From contig CM052817.1 of assembly GCA_028534125.1 (NCBI GenBank), forward strand, positions 84,198,001-84,262,000: a DNA stretch of 64,000 bases. The letters run 5' to 3'. Below, one piece after another: positions 1-12,080 of the stretch. Both the position numbers and the translations under genes were made by a program. The notes beneath the pieces were generated by a model. The model had not been told where the DNA came from, did no database searches, and was given only the letters and a program-made list of their open reading frames with translations. The DNA is from Lama glama. Taxonomy: Eukaryota. Position 1 is the stretch's first letter; each line of letters starts with the position of its first letter.

Positions 1-803
1 AGGGAGCAGGAATTAATAACTAAATTGCCTAAGCTTTATGTCTCATAAATTTCAGGGATGGCATTTGAACCCAGGTTTTGTAGCATCTAAAACCTTAACT
101 TTTCCCACTGAGCCCCGTCCCTTGGAAGGTGCTCTGACTGCTGGGAGAATCTCCCCCCACGGCCTCAGAGAGACACTAAAGTTTTGTAATTCTTGAGGTA
201 ACAAAGATTCCAGGGATCACAGTCACCCCCTGGCTACTGATTCCCTGGCAGGACACCAATTTCTGCCTGTTCTGTCTGCCCCTCCCCATTGGGAACACAG
301 ACTGTGGGTTTTTCTAAGGCTGGAGGAGAAGCTCCTAGGCTCCACACCCCACCCCAACCCCCTGCGAAAGAAACATAATTAAGTCCAAAAGATTTATCTG
401 TCCTTTGGACATGTCTTCTGACCTCTGTTGGTTAGCAGGGTGTTACAACACCAGGCTTGTTGCACTGCAAGATGTCTTCCCTTGCATAATGCACAGAACA
501 CTCCTTCTACTGGAAAATTGAACCAACATGGGTCAATCTATTCTTTCCCAAGAACATAGGGTCCCTTTTCCTTCCACTGAGAGCTGTTTTCTGATTCCTT
601 TGGTGGATTTTGGAATCCACCATTCACATTCTGTTGGAGAGGTGAATATGCTGCCCATGTAGGACCCATGACCCTTGTCTGGCCAGGGAAGTGCTCTAGG
701 ACTCCTGTCTTGACCCAGGCCTTTGATACCCTGATACATGCTAAAGATGTGGACATATTTCCCCAGTCTTTCTAATGACTTGGGTGATGATTAAATGACT
801 TAT

Positions 804-1002
804 TTTGTGCTCAGAGTAGAAACGGAAATTATTATTCTTCTTCCATGGACCCTGAGCCCAAGTACTGGGGCCAAGTTCTCGGTGTTGGAATTCTCTCCCT
901 TCTGAAGCAGATCCAGTGTAGCTCTATGGAGATGATAATTGATTTGTTTCCCCTGTGTGATGATTCAGATGGACATCTGATGACTGCTGGAACCACAGTA
1001 GC
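804..1002 (-). pseudogene. Pseudo-exon (GYCGSSSHQMSI*IITQGKQINYHLHRATLDLLQKGENSNTENLAPVLGLRVHGRRIIISVSTLST)
   Basis: Acceptor ...ttgtaaaccttggccag, decayed donor ataagt, one stop. RVHGRRIIISV resembles RGSL1 RIFGHRIITV (recalled). Confidence 0.5.
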
Positions 1003-1389
1003 CTGGCCAAGGTTTACAAAAGAGAAATAATAATTATAATTTGGAGATCAGTCCCCACTCCCATCTCCATTTTCAGTTTCCTGTATCTGATAAAACTGTG
1101 GCAAAGCAGTGGCCAGTTCAAGAATCTGGATTAGTTGTTCCACTGATAATTTTCTTGAATTCTTGCAGGGAAAGGTAAAGGAGACTAAGATTTAATGTTA
1201 GAGTAATCTCACTTCAGTACCTGGCACAGAGTAGTCTCTGAATAAATGTTAAAAAGATGAATTACAATAATACATTATAAACCATTAAATGAAAAAAGGG
1301 ATCTATGATACATCATGATACTCAATGATAGACAGAGACAGAGGAAGCAATAGTGAGCGAAAGAGGAGAAAGAAGAAGAGAAAATTCTT

Positions 1390-2310
1390 ATCTACAGAAG
1401 AAGAACATTTAATGAACTAGAAGAGATAGGATTAGGGGGAAAAAATCATTATTTTGCAATCCCAGTGTAATATTTGGCCCAGGCAAGGATCATCAACAAA
1501 TGCTAAAGCCACTGGGTGAAGGGTCATTAGGAAAGAAGTTATTCACAAGTTTCAAAATATCAGCTACTAGATCATTTATAAATTACTAAGGGGAAAGGAG
1601 AAATATAGCAAGTAACATTTTAACCATGCTATTACTCAAAACACCTCCAAAAAGGGAACAAAGTGACAGACATTATGTCTCTCTTGATATGATGTAGTCT
1701 GAAGTATGCAACAATGTCACCTATTAACATTTTCTCAAAAAATATTTCGACCAAAGCTGATTATGAGGAAACTCACAGAAATTTAATATGTTAGACTTTA
1801 TGTAAAATAAGTTACCTGGACTTTTCAAAAAAAGTTAACCTCATGAAAGATGAACAAGATAGAGAGCTGGTTCTAGATTAAAGAAACCAAGGAGACATAA
1901 CCATATCTAATATGTGAACTCTGAATGGATTCCAGAGTTTAAAAAACTATAAAGAACATTTTGGAGTCAATTAGGGAAACTTAAATGTAGGCTATACACT
2001 TAGTGATATTACCCAATGTTAAACTTCTTATGTGTAACAATGGTTCTGAGGTTGTGCTCTTGTCTTACAAGATACATCTTGAAGTATTAAGGGATAAAGT
2101 GTCAAGATGTCTGCAATTTTCAAATGGTTCAGCAGTAAAATTATACATATAGTATAGTGTGTGTTTGTGTGTGTGTGTGAAGAGAGAGAGTAACTGGAGC
2201 AAAATATTTTTAGTTATTGAATCTAAGTGAAGACTATATATTGATTGTACTATTCTTTCAACTTTTCTGTGGGTTTGAAAATTTTCAAATAAATTGCAGA
2301 GGAAAAAAAA
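1390..2310 (+). mobile_element. Old L1 3' end (L1MC/L1ME-like)
   Basis: Characteristic old L1 3'UTR blocks (gaagtattaagggataaagtgtcaagatgtctgcaatttt; ttgtactattctttcaacttttctgtgggtttgaaaattttcaaat) followed by an A-tail. Confidence 0.7.
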
Positions 2311-3254
2311 TAAATTGCAGAAGAACAGACTGACTTTCACTTAATGAAGGAGTTAAAAAGCACAGGTAGTTCTTTTCATGAAAGAGGTGAGAGAAATTGG
2401 AAAGTTAGGCAGAATAAACAGGAAATAGAATCACAGAATGTTATAAGTTGAAGGATCTTTAAAGTCTAATGTTCAGTTTGGTTCTGAGAAATGATCCACA
2501 AGGAAAAGTCTTCTGGCTAAATAAATTGAGGAAACAAGGCATTTCTCTCTCTCGGAGAATCACAATGAATATTATTAGCACATTAAGGTTCTGAGTAAGG
2601 AAGTGTGTTTAATATTGATTAACATCACAATTCCTAAACTTATTTGACCTTGGAACCTCTTTTTTAAAATGTTACCCTTATTAATTTCCTCAGAAACAAT
2701 GTTCCCCAGAATAGACTTAGAGAAACCTTAATCCAGATCAACATCCTTATTTAACAAGTAGAGAAACAGGTTCAGACTAGTTGATTTTCTCAAGGTCACA
2801 GTAGAAGTGCTGAAGCAAGAACTCAGATGAGGGGAAGGTGATGCAAAAACAATGCTTGGTAGTGATCACAGAAGAGGAGAAAATGTTTCTCACAAAGATC
2901 ACACTGATTGAAATATTTAACACCATTTTAACCAGCAAAATTCCCACATTTTACCCCATTTATATAAGTTCTACATATAGGATCTGTTTTGCAAACATGA
3001 CACCTTTGTTTATAACTATGGAGACATATGTTGTTTACTCCTAATATCATACTGCATGTGAGAAAATGGAATGCCTTCTGTATGTGAAGCAAAGCTAAGT
3101 TTCATCCTGTTGTGTGGACTAAATATTACATGGAATGGTGATAGAACTGGCCTCTCTTAAGTTACATTATTTACTCTAACTGTTCTGACAGGCTAAGGGG
3201 GAAAAATACTCCAAGTCTTATCGCTCTACCAGCCAACCACATTAAGAACGTACA

Positions 3255-3729
3255 TCTGCTTTAAAACTACACAATTTCTGTTCTAGTGCCCAAGTAGATT
3301 TGCTCTGGGCTCAAGCAGTTATCAAGCCCGGCTCTGTCTCTGATGGCTGCAGTCTGCATTTGGAGCATGAGCACAGCCCTGATGCAGGACGGGCAGTCTC
3401 AGTCAACAGATGTCTACTCCCCTTGTAAAGGCGCTGCTCTGTCTCACAACTGGCAAAGAGAGCTGAAAGAGTTCCCTTCCCTTTATGGCTTTTATCTCTC
3501 TGGTTAATAGGGGATGATGCTTAGAGGAGGCAATTCTTGAGCAATAAATCCAGACAGCAAGTAAAGCAAGGAGAGAGAGAGGAAAATTACAATGTAAGAA
3601 GTTTCCTTTGTTTACTATGTTTAATTGGCATTCCACACATGAATGAAGAAGAGAAGAGGTTCTCTCCCAGGGTGACTGGGAAAGGGAAAAAGGTGGGTTT
3701 CCTCTGTCTGCACACTTTTTAATGTGCAA
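3255..3729 (-). pseudogene. Pseudo-exon region, RGS-like helices (GRELFQLSLPVVRQ ... AVLMLQMQ)
   Basis: ORF 3403..3729 plus a frameshifted continuation to the donor agat|gtacgt. Resembles RGSL1 EEMLQCDAPIIKE...TLLTLQ (recalled). Confidence 0.4.
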
Positions 3730-4092
3730 ATTAGTCGGAGTCTTTCCCAGCCCGAGAGAGTTTTGTAGTTCTGCACACAGGGCCAGGGTCTCAGTGGGTG
3801 CTCAGTAAATATTAATTGAAGAGGATGATGGCTTTGAGGAGTGGGCTTAATTACACTCTCTTAGGCACAGCCCTCTAGGTGCACACAAAGGTCACTCTGT
3901 CTCTTGCCCGGGGCACTACCCGAGTGGGCCCCTTCGATTAATGAGAAAGGTCTCTGTTCTCCCATTTGTCTTCCACCTCATCTGCAGTCTCCTTCCCGAC
4001 CCACCCTGCCGTCTACACTCAGAGGTTGATGAAAACAAAACAGGGAAGCACGGAAACAACAGCTGCTGCAGCCTCACTGCTTGTGTGGTCTT

Positions 4093-4128
4093 CCTCCGCG
4101 GGACCCTCCGCGGGACCCTCCACGGGAC
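4093..4128. repeat. 12-bp tandem repeat (CCTCCGCGGGAC)x3
   Basis: Directly visible; the third unit has one substitution. Confidence 0.9.
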
Positions 4129-4397
4129 CCCTCCTTGAGCTGGCAGGAAGTGGAGGGCTGAAAGCGTTGGCGAGAGAATTGGCTGGGGGGCTGCAAAAGG
4201 GAGCATGGTGTGGTGGATTGCGTTATCATTCCTAGCAACTCACACTCCTACAAGGATCACACAACTCTCAGTGCCTCCTGTGGGGGAGCACGCAGGTTCT
4301 GCACCTTTACCATCAGGCTTGGGCATGTGAGTACTTTGGCCTATGGTATGTGGGTAACCTTGACTATGCCTCATCCAAGCACAAGCTCTAAAAGCCT

Positions 4398-4762
4398 GCT
4401 ATGGACTGAATGTTTTCCTCCCCGCAGATTCATATGCTGAAGCCCTAACCCCCAATGCAATGGTATTAGGAAGTAGGCCTTTGGGAGGTAATTAAGTCAT
4501 GAGGGTGGAGGCTTCAGGAATGAGATTGGTGCCCTTATAAGAAGAGACATGAGAGAGCTGATCTTTTTCTGTCAGCCATGAAACAATACAGTGAGAAGAC
4601 AGCTGTCTGTAAGCCAGGAAGCTGACCTTCACCAGACTCTGTATTTGCTGGTACCTTAATCTTGGACTTCCCAGGCTCCAGAACTGGAAGAGATAAGTGT
4701 TTGTGGTTTAAGCCACAGCTATATGGTAATTTTGTTATAGCAGCCTAAACTGGCTAAGACAG
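4398..4762 (+). mobile_element. MLT1 (MaLR) solo LTR, MLT1B-like
   Basis: tgctatggactgaatg ... ttgttatagcagcctaaactggctaagaca termini and internal MLT1 motifs. Confidence 0.85.
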
Positions 4763-5053
4763 ACTCATTGTAGGTTGCCATCAGCTCTCTTGCTATTTTA
4801 TCTTTGCCGTAAGAATGACATGTCCAAAAATGGACTATTCTTTCAGCCTGGATTTGAAATGAAGAAAACAACACAAGGCCAGTTTTGGTGCATATGTCTT
4901 CTTCATCACAGATCCCAGAAAAAAGCCTTTGTGGTTGCAACTAAAATTTGGAGGTTGTCTGTTATAGCTGCAGAGCTAACTGATTCATTCTATTTGAGTG
5001 GAGTAAGAAAATGAAATTTGTGACTTGAATACTCCATTAGTACTGGTCTTTAC

Positions 5054-5142
5054 CTGTCAGGCTGTCAATCTATGATGAATAATAAAAGCTCCTTTAGCCC
5101 TTGTACCTGCTAATTTGACGTGGCCCCCATAGTCTCCTTGAA
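5054..5142 (-). pseudogene. Pseudo-exon (VQGDYGGHVKLAGTRAKGAFIIHHRLTA*Q)
   Basis: ctttatag| acceptor, cag|gtaaag donor. Phase-1 start matches the upstream exon; one TGA. Confidence 0.55.
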
Positions 5143-5237
5143 CTATAAAGTTGTATGATACAACATTACAACTGCCAATAGATTAAGCAAGGGGTTTCTA
5201 TATGAGGGTTAGAGAAATCTTAGCTTTCTCCAGAGAC

Positions 5238-5436
5238 CTGCACGAGACACACTGTCTCTTTCACTTCTCTGAACAGCAATCCAGATTAGCCTTAGTGCCT
5301 CCTCCAATGCTGGGGATACTAACAGCCTTCCAAGAGGAGCAAAAGGGGCCTATGGTAGAGTAGTGTGATGGCATGGATAACTTTGACACATTAGTGCTTT
5401 GACTTCGTATATATGTTCTTTCCCCAAAGCATATGC
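5238..5436 (-). pseudogene. Pseudo-exon (AYALGKEHIYEVKALMCQSYPCHHTTLP*APFAPLGRLLVSPALEEALRLIWIAVQRSERDSVSRA)
   Basis: tttatgttag| acceptor, cag|gt donor, 66 codons with a single TAG. Confidence 0.55.
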
Positions 5437-6427
5437 CTAACATAAATTATAACTAATACAGACTTAGACTAATGTCCTGAACAGTGAACAACTACCTAAA
5501 AATGAAACATTTATGAAGTTGAATTCAGTTGTAGCTTAGTGTTACTTTTATTAGAGATCATTATTTGTTGGTTAAATTAGCACTATGCCTTTATAAAGAT
5601 GGTTGTATGAAAATATTGAATCATGCAGCCTCCTTCAGTAACTCTTTGACTATAAAATTCTCATACTCCTGTTAAATGTAATCAGATTACATATTACCAA
5701 TAGATTTTGATAGCTATCATAAAATAAGGAGTTCAAACCAACAGATGATTATAACTGACAGTAGGAATGTAATTGCAAACTTTAAAAATATGTTAATGTT
5801 TGTCCCTGTATAGAAATATTAGCCTAAGTTCTTTCTGTGACATATGTGTATGTGTGCATAATCTATTTTTGTAATAGAGTAAAAAAAAAAATCAGCTCCA
5901 AAAATATCACTCTCCCCTTTGACATTTATCAGTGATAGCAATAATGTCAGGGAACATTAGTATACTGAAGAAGTACAGAGATACTGCCTAAAGCATATCT
6001 TTGGGTTTTATTTTAAGAGAATTTGATATATATCCTAAACTATAGCCTAATTTTAATGATATTTTAGATCAAAGTTATACATACTGAATGATGACTATGT
6101 TGAGCTCTTGAATCTGGTCCTGTTCATCTTTGTAGGCTTAAGAACCTACATAAAGCCCAGTAAATAAAATGGCCTTAAAAAACAATTTGGATGGACAGAC
6201 AGACAGATGGATGGATGGTTAGATTAATGGGTGGGTGGATGGAAGAATGAGTAGAAAAATAAATAGATGAGTCTCCTCTTCTCCAAAAAAATAAAATAAG
6301 AAAAAAAAAGTTTCTTTGTTGATAATAATTTAATCAATTTCAGAAAGGTCATATTTTCTTTTAATATAAGTAAGACAAATGCAAATTAATATAAATTAAA
6401 TTGTGATAACAATTATCATCACAGTAC

Positions 6428-6586
6428 CAAATCAGAAGGCTTATCTGAAGGCATCTTTGCTTTTAAGTCTTCCTCTTCTATTACTTCTGGAGGCTCAATG
6501 GTGATGGGTAATTTTCTTCATGCCCTCAAAGGTTGACCTTGAGAACCCTTCCATGGTATCCTCACAACAAGATAGGGCTTCATCAT
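6428..6586 (-). pseudogene. Pseudo-exon (MMKPYLVVRIPWKGSQGQPLRA*RKLPITIEPPEVIEEEDLKAKMPSDKPSDL)
   Basis: tattctctccctag| acceptor, ttg|gtactg donor, 159 nt phase 0-0, single TGA consistent with CGA>TGA. Confidence 0.6.
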
Positions 6587-6819
6587 CTAGGGAGAGAATA
6601 TGATTTGCAGTCCTTCAGTTACTCTGATATAGTCACAGGGTGCAAACAAAAGTTTCTGTCTTCTTTATGCAATCCCATTTATAGGGAGAAGCAAGGAAAT
6701 TCAGATTGAAATATGGTTTTCCTAGTGAGATTTAATGAGATTTATTATTGTCTTAATGAGATGTTGGTTCCCATAGCTCCTAGACCCGTTGGGTTTTAAT
6801 TATCAACTATTTGATTCAT

Positions 6820-7870
6820 CCTTGAAAATAAGAGCCTACCAATGAACAGTATCACAATCCCTCCTTTGGAAATTCTGTATTAACCTTGACTTCTTTCTAG
6901 TTGCTGCCCTCATTCTACAGTATTTGACCCCAGTCTCCACTGCGTCCTTCTTGAGCTTGACTCCTCCCTTAGTTTCCATTACCTCACTTCTTCTTGTTCT
7001 CCACCTATTTCTCAGACCATTACTTCTCAGAGTCTACTGCTGCATTATGTCCATCATTCACCCATACATGTTGACTTTCCTTAGGGTTTGTCCTTAGTCC
7101 TCCTTGTCAGTGCTCTCACCCACTCCCATGGTTTTAGTTCTAGCCTCTACACTGGTAGTTCCCAACTTTGTTTATCTAGTCTTCATCTCTCTTCAGCTTT
7201 AGACCTTAGATTCAAGTGACTACCAGATATCCATGTCAGGATATACATTCACCTTAAATTCCTGCTATCCATCCCATATCTTGGTTGGTGGACACCCTCT
7301 GTCTTTCCCCCGTCTAGAATCTGAACGTCATTCTTCCAGACCTTAACAAACAGTAAACCAAGACATTAAACATTTCAGTGCTTATCTTATGGCAATCATT
7401 ATGCTAGATTTGAGGGATACAGAGATGAAAAGGACAGTCCCTAGCTTGAAGGAACTTGCATTGTAAGGGGAGAGGAAGACAAGTAAACAAACAAACAAAA
7501 GGCAAACAGAGGCAAAGCAAGTGTGACATTTAAGAATTAAAACACTGTGAATGTAAGGAGGGAGAAAGTGGTACCGAGTGAAGACTTCAAGAAAAGGCAG
7601 CAGCAAGCTGGGCCTTGAAAAATGAGTAGAAATGTCCTCAATAAAAAGGCTGGTATTCCAGAAATAGGGGGCGTATGAGCAAAGGCACAGGGTTTAACTG
7701 CACAGGTTGTTTCATTCATTTATTCACCTAGTTGGAGCTCAGAAATTGTTCTAAGCTCAGAGGAAGGGGAGTAAGATGATGTACTAACAGCATCATATGA
7801 GGGCGGGAGGAGCAGTGAGGCATGCGGTAGAAGAAACCAGAAAAGCAAGTTGGGGCCAACCCATGACAGC
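6820..7870. mobile_element. L2 fragments
   Basis: Degenerate L2 motifs (ctcacccactcccatggttt; gggatacagagatgaaaaggacagtccctagcttgaaggaactt). Confidence 0.55.
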
Positions 7871-7960
7871 AGATGTTGTTTCATTTATTTGAATGAAATG
7901 TACTTCGTACTTCCTGTGAGGAGGGTAGGCTGCTGAATTTTAGGGCCGGTATTCACTTAT

Positions 7961-8114
7961 GTAGTTACAAAATAATACAAGTTGACATTAAGTTCAAAAA
8001 GTACTATCACGTGACTTCCTGCCCTATAGAGAAATTCATAGCAGTAAAATAAGTATTTAGTGAACCAATATGTGGTAGCTTCTTTTCCAAGCCTCATTGC
8101 TTCCCTGGTCAGCT
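7961..8114 (-). pseudogene. Pseudo-exon (ELTREAMRLGKEATTYWFTKYLFYCYEFLYRAG...)
   Basis: ttttcccctag| acceptor, in frame with the upstream exon via phase 1, decayed donor ataagtg. FTKYL resembles an RGS helix-5 motif. Confidence 0.5.
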
Positions 8115-8139
8115 CTAGGGGAAAATGCCCCCCCCCAAA

Positions 8140-8250
8140 AAAAAAGAAGAGAGAGGAAGAGGATAATGGGAAAAGAGAGCTGGAGGGGGAAGAGAGGAGG
8201 AGGCAGTGGAGCAGGAGGAGGAGGAGAAGAAGAAGGAGAAGAATAAAGAA
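8140..8250. repeat. Purine-rich (GGA/GAA) low-complexity tract
   Basis: Directly visible. Confidence 0.85.
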
Positions 8251-8366
8251 GACCAGCAACTCTACTGTTCCTGTAGAATTTCCTCATACTGAGACAGTCT
8301 TAGCAGGAGAGGGGTACAGATTGATCACACCGGTTTTCATGAGCCTTACATTCCTGCAGACCTCAC

Positions 8367-8548
8367 CAGACACATAAAATCTGAGCTCTCCAATCGGAGG
8401 TGGATATTTTCGCTCTGCTAGCCTTAAAGGGACATGGAACATGATCCTCCTTCCCCAAGATAGGATGTACCTGAGACTGGCTAGAGAATGTCTCATTATG
8501 GAATCCATCTCTTCTTCATTCCTTGGAGTAGGAAAGCAAGATACTTTT
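8367..8548 (-). pseudogene. Open pseudo-exon (KVSCFPTPRNEEEMDSIMRHSLASLRYILSWGRRIMFHVPLRLAERKYPPPIGELRFYVS)
   Basis: Strong poly-T cttttacag| acceptor, donor ctg|gtgagg (alternative aat|gtaagg at 8350), no stop. GELRFYV is RGS helix-4-like. Confidence 0.6.
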
Positions 8549-9069
8549 CTGTAAAAGAAAAAAAAAAAAACCAGCACCAACAACAGCTTATAAAGAAACC
8601 ATATGGAAATTTGAAGATGTTTTAAACCTAGATTATGCATACCATTGAATCAGAGGCTGTGTTTTATAAAGATAATATACATTTTCTGAAAGGATCAGGG
8701 TTCAAGAAAGGGAATAGGCGAATGCAGATGGCAGTTGGCTGTCACAGTGGACATGAACACCAAGGTGATAGAGGGAGAGCTCTGTGTTGGCTTAAGATCG
8801 TCTGAAGAGGACATCTAAAGAAGAAAATAAATCAGAGGTTGAGCTCCCATGGGGTGCTTCCCAAGAGGATAAGAATAACGTTTGTATGAAGTGGTTGTTG
8901 GTGAGCAAAGAAATGTCATTTCCCCTTTTTGTGACAAGTGGTTGTGTGACACACAGGAGAGCACACCTTCTACTCATAGTACTGTGATTCATTTATCAGA
9001 AGAAACTGTTAATGTGTTTGAATTGAAAGAGAAATTGCACTTATAGGCTGTATAAATGAAGAAACTTAC

Positions 9070-9263
9070 ACCTCAAAGGGTTCATGGGGATTTATAAGTA
9101 AGGCTTGAGAATCCAGAAGGAAATAGTGACATTAACGTGGCATATTGAAAAGAGATGAAATCCAAGGGAATTTGCCAGATCCAAGAGGAACTCCTCTGTG
9201 TTCCATCCAAGCTGAACATTCCATTTTTACAAGGGCTCCTTTGTTGTCATGTTTATACACAGA
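9070..9263 (-). pseudogene. Pseudo-exon encoding an RGS-domain start (EEFLLDLANSLGFHLFSICHVNVTISFWILKPYL*)
   Basis: Consensus donor ggt|gtaagt. LxNxxGxxLF ... IxFW pattern of RGS helices 2-4; two TAA. Confidence 0.62.
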
Positions 9264-10029
9264 CTAATAAATGCTTGACCTTTTTTAGTGATGAAGGAAC
9301 AGTCTGTGCCTCGGGAGCATATTATTTCAAGAAGCACAAATCAAGAGAAAGTCCAAACCCCTCTGGGACAGATGGACTAAATATTTTGATATTAGAACCA
9401 CATGGGGAAGGGAAGGGATTGGGAAGCAGAATTGGAGACCTGATAAGGGGACTTGGAAGCAGCATTAGTCTTCTCACATGTTTCCAGGGATCCAGGTATG
9501 TGCAGACCTGGACACCAACCTCATGTGAGGAGGGGATCAAAATGAGCTAGACCTTTGTCTTGATGTGTAGTAAAAATGGACGATCAATGAGAAAAATACT
9601 TGTGGTCTGGCAAAAATGTTGATTTCTCAACTTTTGGGTTCTGTGTAAAAATCACTAGTATTCATCAACTATTTACTGCCTTGCTAGAACTAAGTGCTTT
9701 ATGTGAATTAACATAAACACTGACCTTATGATACAGTCACTATTATTCCCACCTCCACATTTTTTCTTATGTAGACTTACTAAGAGGGTAAGTAAAGTAA
9801 CCTCTGAGAGTCAAAAGTGTTAGAGTGACTTTCAACCTGTTTAGACTGAAGCCCAGATTTCCTCACCCTTATCCTGTCTTCCTGTGACTTCAGCAATCAC
9901 TGGATTCTCATTTTCCTCCCTCCTCCGACGCTGCTTTATTTCCCACTCCCTATCCTAAACAAGGACTGCTACTAAATTAACAGTGAACTTCAGAGCATCT
10001 GTGATACCTGATAGTTGCCCTTAAAGTAC

Positions 10030-10147
10030 CCCACGAATTTGTGTGTCTTTGAAACAATAAATCCGTGGCAGTCATTACAGTGGTGTGCGGCGTGCTTAGA
10101 ACGTGGTATTTCATTCTTGCTTACTCAGTGTTGTTTCTAACATCATA
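10030..10147 (-). pseudogene. Pseudo-exon with a decayed YWLPR motif (ctg taa tga ctg cca cgg att tat)
   Basis: ttcttaacag| acceptor, ggg|gtactt donor. L**LPRIY reads LYWLPRIY after two single-base reversions; compare RGSL1 YWLPNFY (recalled). Confidence 0.5.
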
Positions 10148-10949
10148 CTGTTAAGAATCATTTTGAGAGCAAAGAACACTGATCAGTGGTGATGGTGACA
10201 GAAAGTTTATTTTAAAAATTAAAAATAACTTAACTTTTGATTCAGAAGGTCTTTATTTTAGAGGGTCAGAGACCAGTGATGAAATGTGGGACTCCAGTCA
10301 CAAAGCTGAAACCACAGGCATCTGAAATGCAGCGGAAAGAAGCAACGGAGATGTGAAAGCCCTAAATAACATGAAGCGATTGGTCTCGCTGTTGGGCATA
10401 ATGAACTCCCACCTGCACTCAGTGCCACACGATGCAGAGTATACGGCACCGCTGAGACTGTTCGTAAAGAGCAATGTCGAGTGGGACTGGTAACCATTCT
10501 GCTCAAGGACAGCAATGTGTTCAGGGGGTGTGCCCCACACCCTTGAGTCAGGACCCATCTGCCCTTCTCACCAATTCCCCCTCCCAGGAATCTGGGTGCT
10601 CAAGCCTTGACCCTACTTCCTCCATCCTCCCCTGACTCAACTCCTATTTTCAGAAGCAATCAGATAAACTCATTCATTTGGAGAAATTTACCATGTGACT
10701 CTTACAAGGGGATTTGGTTTTAACGGAACAAGAGGTGCAACAAGGTCTCAAATTTAACTCACTCTACTCAGGAGTGTGAAAAACAAAGGTGGCTTTTTGT
10801 CATCCAGGAATGATCTAATCTTACTTTTCCAGCCTCCCCCACCCTGGATGATGTGAGGGAATACAAATCTTAAAATTGCCATTTAAAGCCATTTTAGTCT
10901 TTTCCCAGTTTCAGATTCCAGTATTCAGTCACTTACAATTTGCTGCCTG

Positions 10950-11390
10950 AATTAGTTTTCTATTGCTGCTGAAGAAATTAACCCAAATTTAGTGGCTTAA
11001 AACAACACAAATTTATTATCTTAAAGTCCAGAAGACCGAAATGGGTCTCATTAGGCTAAAATAAAGGTCTCGGCTGGGCTGTGTTCCTTTCTGGAGTCTC
11101 CAGGGGAGAATCCATTTCCTTGCACTTTCCATGTTCTTTGGAGTAGGGCCCTTTTCTTCCACCTTTAAAGCCAGCAACAGAGGGCGGAGTTCTTCCATCT
11201 CCTCCCTCTGCCCTGACTCTCCTGCCTTTTTCTTCCACCCAGATAATCCAAGACCATCTCCCTACTTTAAGGTTAACTGATTAGCAACCTTCTTTCCATT
11301 TGCACTCCCTTTGCCGCGGAAAGTAAATTTTCCCAGGTTCCTAGGATTAGAATGTGGACATCTTTGCGGGGCCACTATTCTGTCTACCAC
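10950..11390 (-). mobile_element. MLT1C/D-like LTR
   Basis: tagtggcttaaaacaacacaaatttattatct ... ggacatctttgcggggccactattctgtctaccaca. Confidence 0.8.
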
Positions 11391-11597
11391 ACCTTTCCAA
11401 CTTCTCTCTCTCTCTCTCTGTGTTCCTTTCTAAAATGGCACACACACACATGGGGATAGGGGATAGAGGGCCTCAGACCCAAAGCTTCTCTGGATCCTCT
11501 ATGGTTTCTATTACAAAGTGCTGGACCAGGCTTGCTTCCGGCTGAGCTAGACCCTACTGATGGAATCTGTGACTTGTGAGTTTGTGTTTGTCATAAT

Positions 11598-12080
11598 TAT
11601 CTCACAATGTGTGACAACCACCTCAAAACTTAGTGACTTAAACCAACAGTGTTTTATTCATTAAAACATAGTTATGTCTCAAGATTTGTGGATTGACTGG
11701 GCTCAGCTGGGCAATTTTTCTGTTCCACATGTTGTGGCTGAGGTCACTCACGTAGCTATATTCAGCTGAGAGCTTGGTTGGGACTGGAACATCCAAGATG
11801 GCCTTTATATCTTCCAGAGTCTTTTCCCTCCTGTCCTCTCATCATTCAGGAGTGTAGCCTGGGTTTCTTTACAGCGTGGCACTAGTTTCCAAGAGGACAA
11901 AAGCAAAAGCTGCCAGGCTAGGGCTTCTTACTGACAGAGCCCCACTACAGCTACAATCAGTTGTTGGTCATGGTAGTTCAGGGCCAGCCAGATTCAAGGG
12001 AAAGGAAGACAGACTCCATGTCTCTGTAGATACAGATAAGAAAGGAAATGATAGCAGCTAAATTTGCAGGCCACCTGCCA
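11598..12080 (-). mobile_element. MLT1G/H-like LTR
   Basis: acaaccacctcaaaacttagtgacttaa; ggctcagctgggcaattt; ggccagccagattcaaggg. Confidence 0.75.

Noticed and set aside
602..621. Perfect 8-bp hairpin (another at ~44376-44399)
   Set aside because: Expected by chance in 64 kb, with no ncRNA context.
3200..3760. Possible promoter (CATAAA, GATA sites, NF-kB-like GGAGTCTTTCC)
   Set aside because: Short motifs expected by chance, no CpG island, and the region is better explained as a pseudo-exon.
8060..8377. 105-aa Arg/Glu-rich plus-strand ORF
   Set aside because: Product of the purine-rich low-complexity tract.
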